64,000 bases of DNA from an uncultured Candidatus Rokubacteria bacterium (GTDB taxonomy: Bacteria; Methylomirabilota; Methylomirabilia; Rokubacteriales; CSP1-6). Made by a program: the position numbers and the translations under genes. The notes beneath the pieces were generated by a model, which did no database searches, was not told the origin of the DNA, and was given only the letters and a program-made list of their open reading frames with translations. Below are positions 61,096-64,000 of the stretch, piece after piece; the first letter of the stretch is position 1; every line of letters begins with the position of its first letter. The stretch is taken from assembly GCA_963754315.1 (NCBI GenBank), contig CAVWFS010000019.1, forward strand, positions 256,001 through 320,000, read 5' to 3'.

Positions 61096-61896
61096 ATGAC
61101 GGAGTCCTCCGGCACTGTCTTCGAACAACTGCTTGCGATCATGGCGCGCCTGCGGGGCTCCGATGGCTGTCCCTGGGACCGCGAGCAGACTCGGGCGTCG
61201 CTCAAGCCCTTTCTCATTGAGGAAGCCTACGAGGTCCTCGAGGCCATCGACGCCGGTGACGACCAGGCGCTCGTCGAAGAACTGGGGGATCTGCTGTTTC
61301 AAGTGGTGTTCCACGCCCAGATCGGCGCGGAGACGGACGCCTTCGAGATGAAGGACATCCTCCAGCGCCTCTGCGAAAAGATGACCAGGCGTCATCCGCA
61401 TGTGTTCGGCGACATACGACTCGAGACGGCCCAGGCCGTCCTGGCTCAATGGGAGGCTATCAAGCAGCGCGAAGCCACCCGTACCGGCGGGAGCCGCTCG
61501 GTGATCGACGGCGTGCCCCGCGCGCTGCCCGCGCTCATTCGGGCCCAGCGTATGCAAAGCAAAGCGGCCCGGGTGAAGTTCGATTGGCCGGATGCGGGGT
61601 CCGCGTGGAAGAAGGTCCAGGAGGAAGTCGAGGAGGCAGGGGAAGCGTTGGCCTCGGGCGACCTTGGTCACTTCCGCGAGGAGTTGGGGGATTTGCTCTT
61701 TTCGGTCGTCAATGTGGCGCGGCTCTCGTCGATCGACGCCGAGGCCGCCTTGCAGGGCGCTATCGAGAAGTTCCGGCGGCGGTTCACGGACATGGAAGCG
61801 GCGCTGGCGGCGGAGGGTAAGTCCGTCGCGGCCGTGGGGCAAGGCGAGCTCGAAAGATCGTGGGAGGCCATGAAAGCGCGCGAGCGTCAGGGATGA
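61096..61896 (+). CDS. mazG: Nucleoside triphosphate pyrophosphohydrolase
   Basis: LRGSDGCPWDREQT, EEAYEV, EELGDLL, RRHPHVF, KFRRRF; TATAAT at 61070-61075. Confidence 0.94.
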   Translation: MTESSGTVFEQLLAIMARLRGSDGCPWDREQTRASLKPFLIEEAYEVLEAIDAGDDQALVEELGDLLFQVVFHAQIGAETDAFEMKDILQRLCEKMTRRHPHVFGDIRLETAQAVLAQWEAIKQREATRTGGSRSVIDGVPRALPALIRAQRMQSKAARVKFDWPDAGSAWKKVQEEVEEAGEALASGDLGHFREELGDLLFSVVNVARLSSIDAEAALQGAIEKFRRRFTDMEAALAAEGKSVAAVGQGELERSWEAMKARERQG

Positions 61897-62426
61897 AACT
61901 CAAAATAGGACAGGCAACCATCTCGATTGAGCGGGGTGACATTACGGACTTCGAGGCCGACGCCCTCGTTAACGCTGCCAACTCCACCCTGGTCATGGGG
62001 GCCGGGGTGGCGGGCGCCCTCAAGCGCAAGGGCGGCGCCATCATCGAGGAAGAAGCCCTGCGTCAGGGCCCGATCGAGGTAGGCGAGGCGGTCATCACGA
62101 CCGGCGGCAATCTCATTGCTACCCACGTGATCCACGCCGCCGTGATGGGCCCCGATCTGAAAACCAACACCGGCATCATCACCGCCGCCACCAAGGCGGT
62201 CCTGGTCCTGGCCGACAAGCATCGCCTGGGGACAGTAGCCCTCCCCGCCTTCGGCACCGGGGTGGGCCACATCGCGCTCGCAGTCTCCGCCGAAGCCATG
62301 CTGGCCGCCGTCGTCGAGCACGTGAAGGGTGGCAAGAGCACCCTCAAGCGCGTCCGCTTCGTGCTGTATCTGGACGACGCCTACAAGGCCTTCACCGAGA
62401 CGCTGAAGCGCCTCGGCGGTTCGTAA
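61893..62426 (+). CDS. Macro domain (ADP-ribose binding/hydrolase) protein
   Basis: GDIT, ALVNAAN, GAGVAGAL, VIHAA, LPAFGTGVG. Confidence 0.9.
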   Translation: MKLKIGQATISIERGDITDFEADALVNAANSTLVMGAGVAGALKRKGGAIIEEEALRQGPIEVGEAVITTGGNLIATHVIHAAVMGPDLKTNTGIITAATKAVLVLADKHRLGTVALPAFGTGVGHIALAVSAEAMLAAVVEHVKGGKSTLKRVRFVLYLDDAYKAFTETLKRLGGS

Positions 62427-62428
62427 GT

Positions 62429-64000
62429 CTGCCCGGCGAAGCGACGAGCGAGCGCCGAGGTTCGCCGAGCCTGGGCCAGCTCCTCGTCGCCGAAGGTCTG
62501 ATCAGTCCCGAGCGCCTCCAGCTCGCCGCCGCCGAGCAGCAGCGAAGCGGGGAAACCCTGACCGCGATCCTTCTCAAGCTCGCCCTCGTCGACGAGGATG
62601 CGCTCACCGACGTGCTCTGCCGCCAGTACGGCATCGCCGCGGTCGCGCTGACCCAGCTCGACCTCCAGCCCGACGTGCTCAGCCTGGTGCCGGCCGCCAT
62701 CGCTACCAAGCATGAAGTCCTTCCCCTCCGGCGCACGGACACCGTGCTGACCCTGGCCATGGCCGATCCCACCAATGTATCCGCCATCCACGACGTGGCC
62801 TTCATCACGAATCTACACGTGCTGCCGGTGGTCGCCTCCCGCACGGCCATCCGCCAGGCCATCGATCGGAACTATCGCCGACATCGCATCGCCGATGTGG
62901 TGAGCGACATCACCAGCGCCGCCACCGAGCTGGGCTCGCTCGAAGAGCCGGAGCCCCGGGGTGCTCCCGACGTGTTCGAGCTCCGGGAGGGGGTTGACGA
63001 GCCTCCGATCGTCCGCCTGGTCAACACGATCCTCATCGACGCCATCGAGCGGGGTGCCTCGGACATTCACTGGGAGCCATACGAGGAGGCCCTCCGTCTC
63101 CGGCTCCGCGTCGACGGCATCCTGCACGAGATGTGGACGCTCCCCAAGCGCTTGGAGGCCGCCGTCATCTCCCGGCTGAAGATCATGTCGAGCATGGACA
63201 TCGCCGAGCGTCGACTGCCTCAGGACGGGCGCATCCGGCTGCGCTTTCGCAGCCGAGAGGCCGATCTTCGGGTCTCTACGCTGCCGGCCTCGTTCGGCGA
63301 GAAGTGCGTGATTCGCGTCCTGGACAAGGAAGTGGTCCGCCTCGATCTTCGCGACCTCGGCTTCAGCCCGAGCGCCCTCGACCTGTTCCTGCACGCCATC
63401 AAGCAACCCTACGGCATGATCTTGATCACCGGGCCGACCGGTTCCGGCAAGACCACCACCCTCTACGCCGGCCTTCATGCCATCAATTCGCCGGCGATCA
63501 ACATCGTGACCGCGGAAGACCCCGTCGAATACACCCTCAAAGGCGTCAATCAGGTCCAGATCAACGAGGCGGTGGGCCGGACATTCGCGACCACGCTGCG
63601 ATCGTTCTTGCGTCAAGACCCCGACGTCATTCTCGTCGGCGAAACCCGTGATCTGGAGACCGCACAGATTGCGGTGCGTGCCGCGTTGACCGGGCACCTC
63701 GTCCTGTCCACGTTGCACACCAACGACTGCCCCTCGACCATCACGCGCCTCGTCGACATGGGGATACCGACGTATCTTGTCTCCTCGTCGCTCCTGCTCA
63801 TCGTGGCGCAGCGCCTTGCCCGCCGGGTCTGCCAAGGGTGCAAGGAGACCTTCGAGATCAGCGAAGACGTCCTGGCTTCCCACGGCTATGTACCGACCGG
63901 ACGGGGCCAGGTTCGTGTCGCGCGTGGCAAGGGTTGTGCACGGTGCAATTTCACGGGCATGAAGGGACGGATCGCCCTGTACGAACTGATGCCGATCACC
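62429..64000 (+). CDS. pilB: PilB/GspE-family assembly ATPase (partial; start uncertain, possibly CTG)
   Basis: LGQLLVAEGLIS, ASDIH.EP, DIAERRLPQDG, GPTGSGKTTT, EDPVE, LRQDPDVILVGE, TGHLVLSTLHTND, CxxC pairs. Confidence 0.88.
   Translation, partial: MPGEATSERRGSPSLGQLLVAEGLISPERLQLAAAEQQRSGETLTAILLKLALVDEDALTDVLCRQYGIAAVALTQLDLQPDVLSLVPAAIATKHEVLPLRRTDTVLTLAMADPTNVSAIHDVAFITNLHVLPVVASRTAIRQAIDRNYRRHRIADVVSDITSAATELGSLEEPEPRGAPDVFELREGVDEPPIVRLVNTILIDAIERGASDIHWEPYEEALRLRLRVDGILHEMWTLPKRLEAAVISRLKIMSSMDIAERRLPQDGRIRLRFRSREADLRVSTLPASFGEKCVIRVLDKEVVRLDLRDLGFSPSALDLFLHAIKQPYGMILITGPTGSGKTTTLYAGLHAINSPAINIVTAEDPVEYTLKGVNQVQINEAVGRTFATTLRSFLRQDPDVILVGETRDLETAQIAVRAALTGHLVLSTLHTNDCPSTITRLVDMGIPTYLVSSSLLLIVAQRLARRVCQGCKETFEISEDVLASHGYVPTGRGQVRVARGKGCARCNFTGMKGRIALYELMPIT

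Noticed and set aside
61096..62426. MazG plus macrodomain as an anti-phage system
   Set aside because: Full-length housekeeping-type MazG in a core-genome context with no defence or mobile genes nearby

Overview
A GC-rich bacterial chromosome segment. Its gene style suggests Methylomirabilota / 'Ca. Rokubacteria', but that placement is inference. It is mostly housekeeping: pyrC-carA-(orf)-carB-pyrF..pyrE; yicC-remA-gmk-rpoZ-coaBC-udg-priA-def-fmt-rsmB-rpe-ffh-rpsP-rimM-trmD-rplS-rnhB-yraN; comM; dnaK-dnaJ-like-hspR-lon; and DUF1844/mazG-macro-pilB. Catabolic and transport blocks are interleaved: a CysK-like enzyme, CoA-transferase, LLM oxidoreductase, DapA-like enzyme and Liv-type ABC transporter; hpaB with a second ABC transporter; two crotonases; a TRAP transporter; peptidases; and an acyl-CoA ligase. 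I recognised no rRNA, tRNA, CRISPR array, integrase or transposase. Seven single-base frameshifts in six otherwise intact genes most likely reflect assembly errors. The most notable observations are: a chaperone operon whose J-domain has SPD instead of HPD and which has no grpE; a probable pseudohelicase PriA; an 88-codon ORF in frame with a CTG-initiated carB across one TAG; a ~75-bp two-hairpin intergenic repeat family; a perfect sigma70 promoter ahead of a structured leader; many apparently leaderless genes; and an unassigned catabolic island between yraN and comM. All calls come from reading motifs by eye; no database searches were run.
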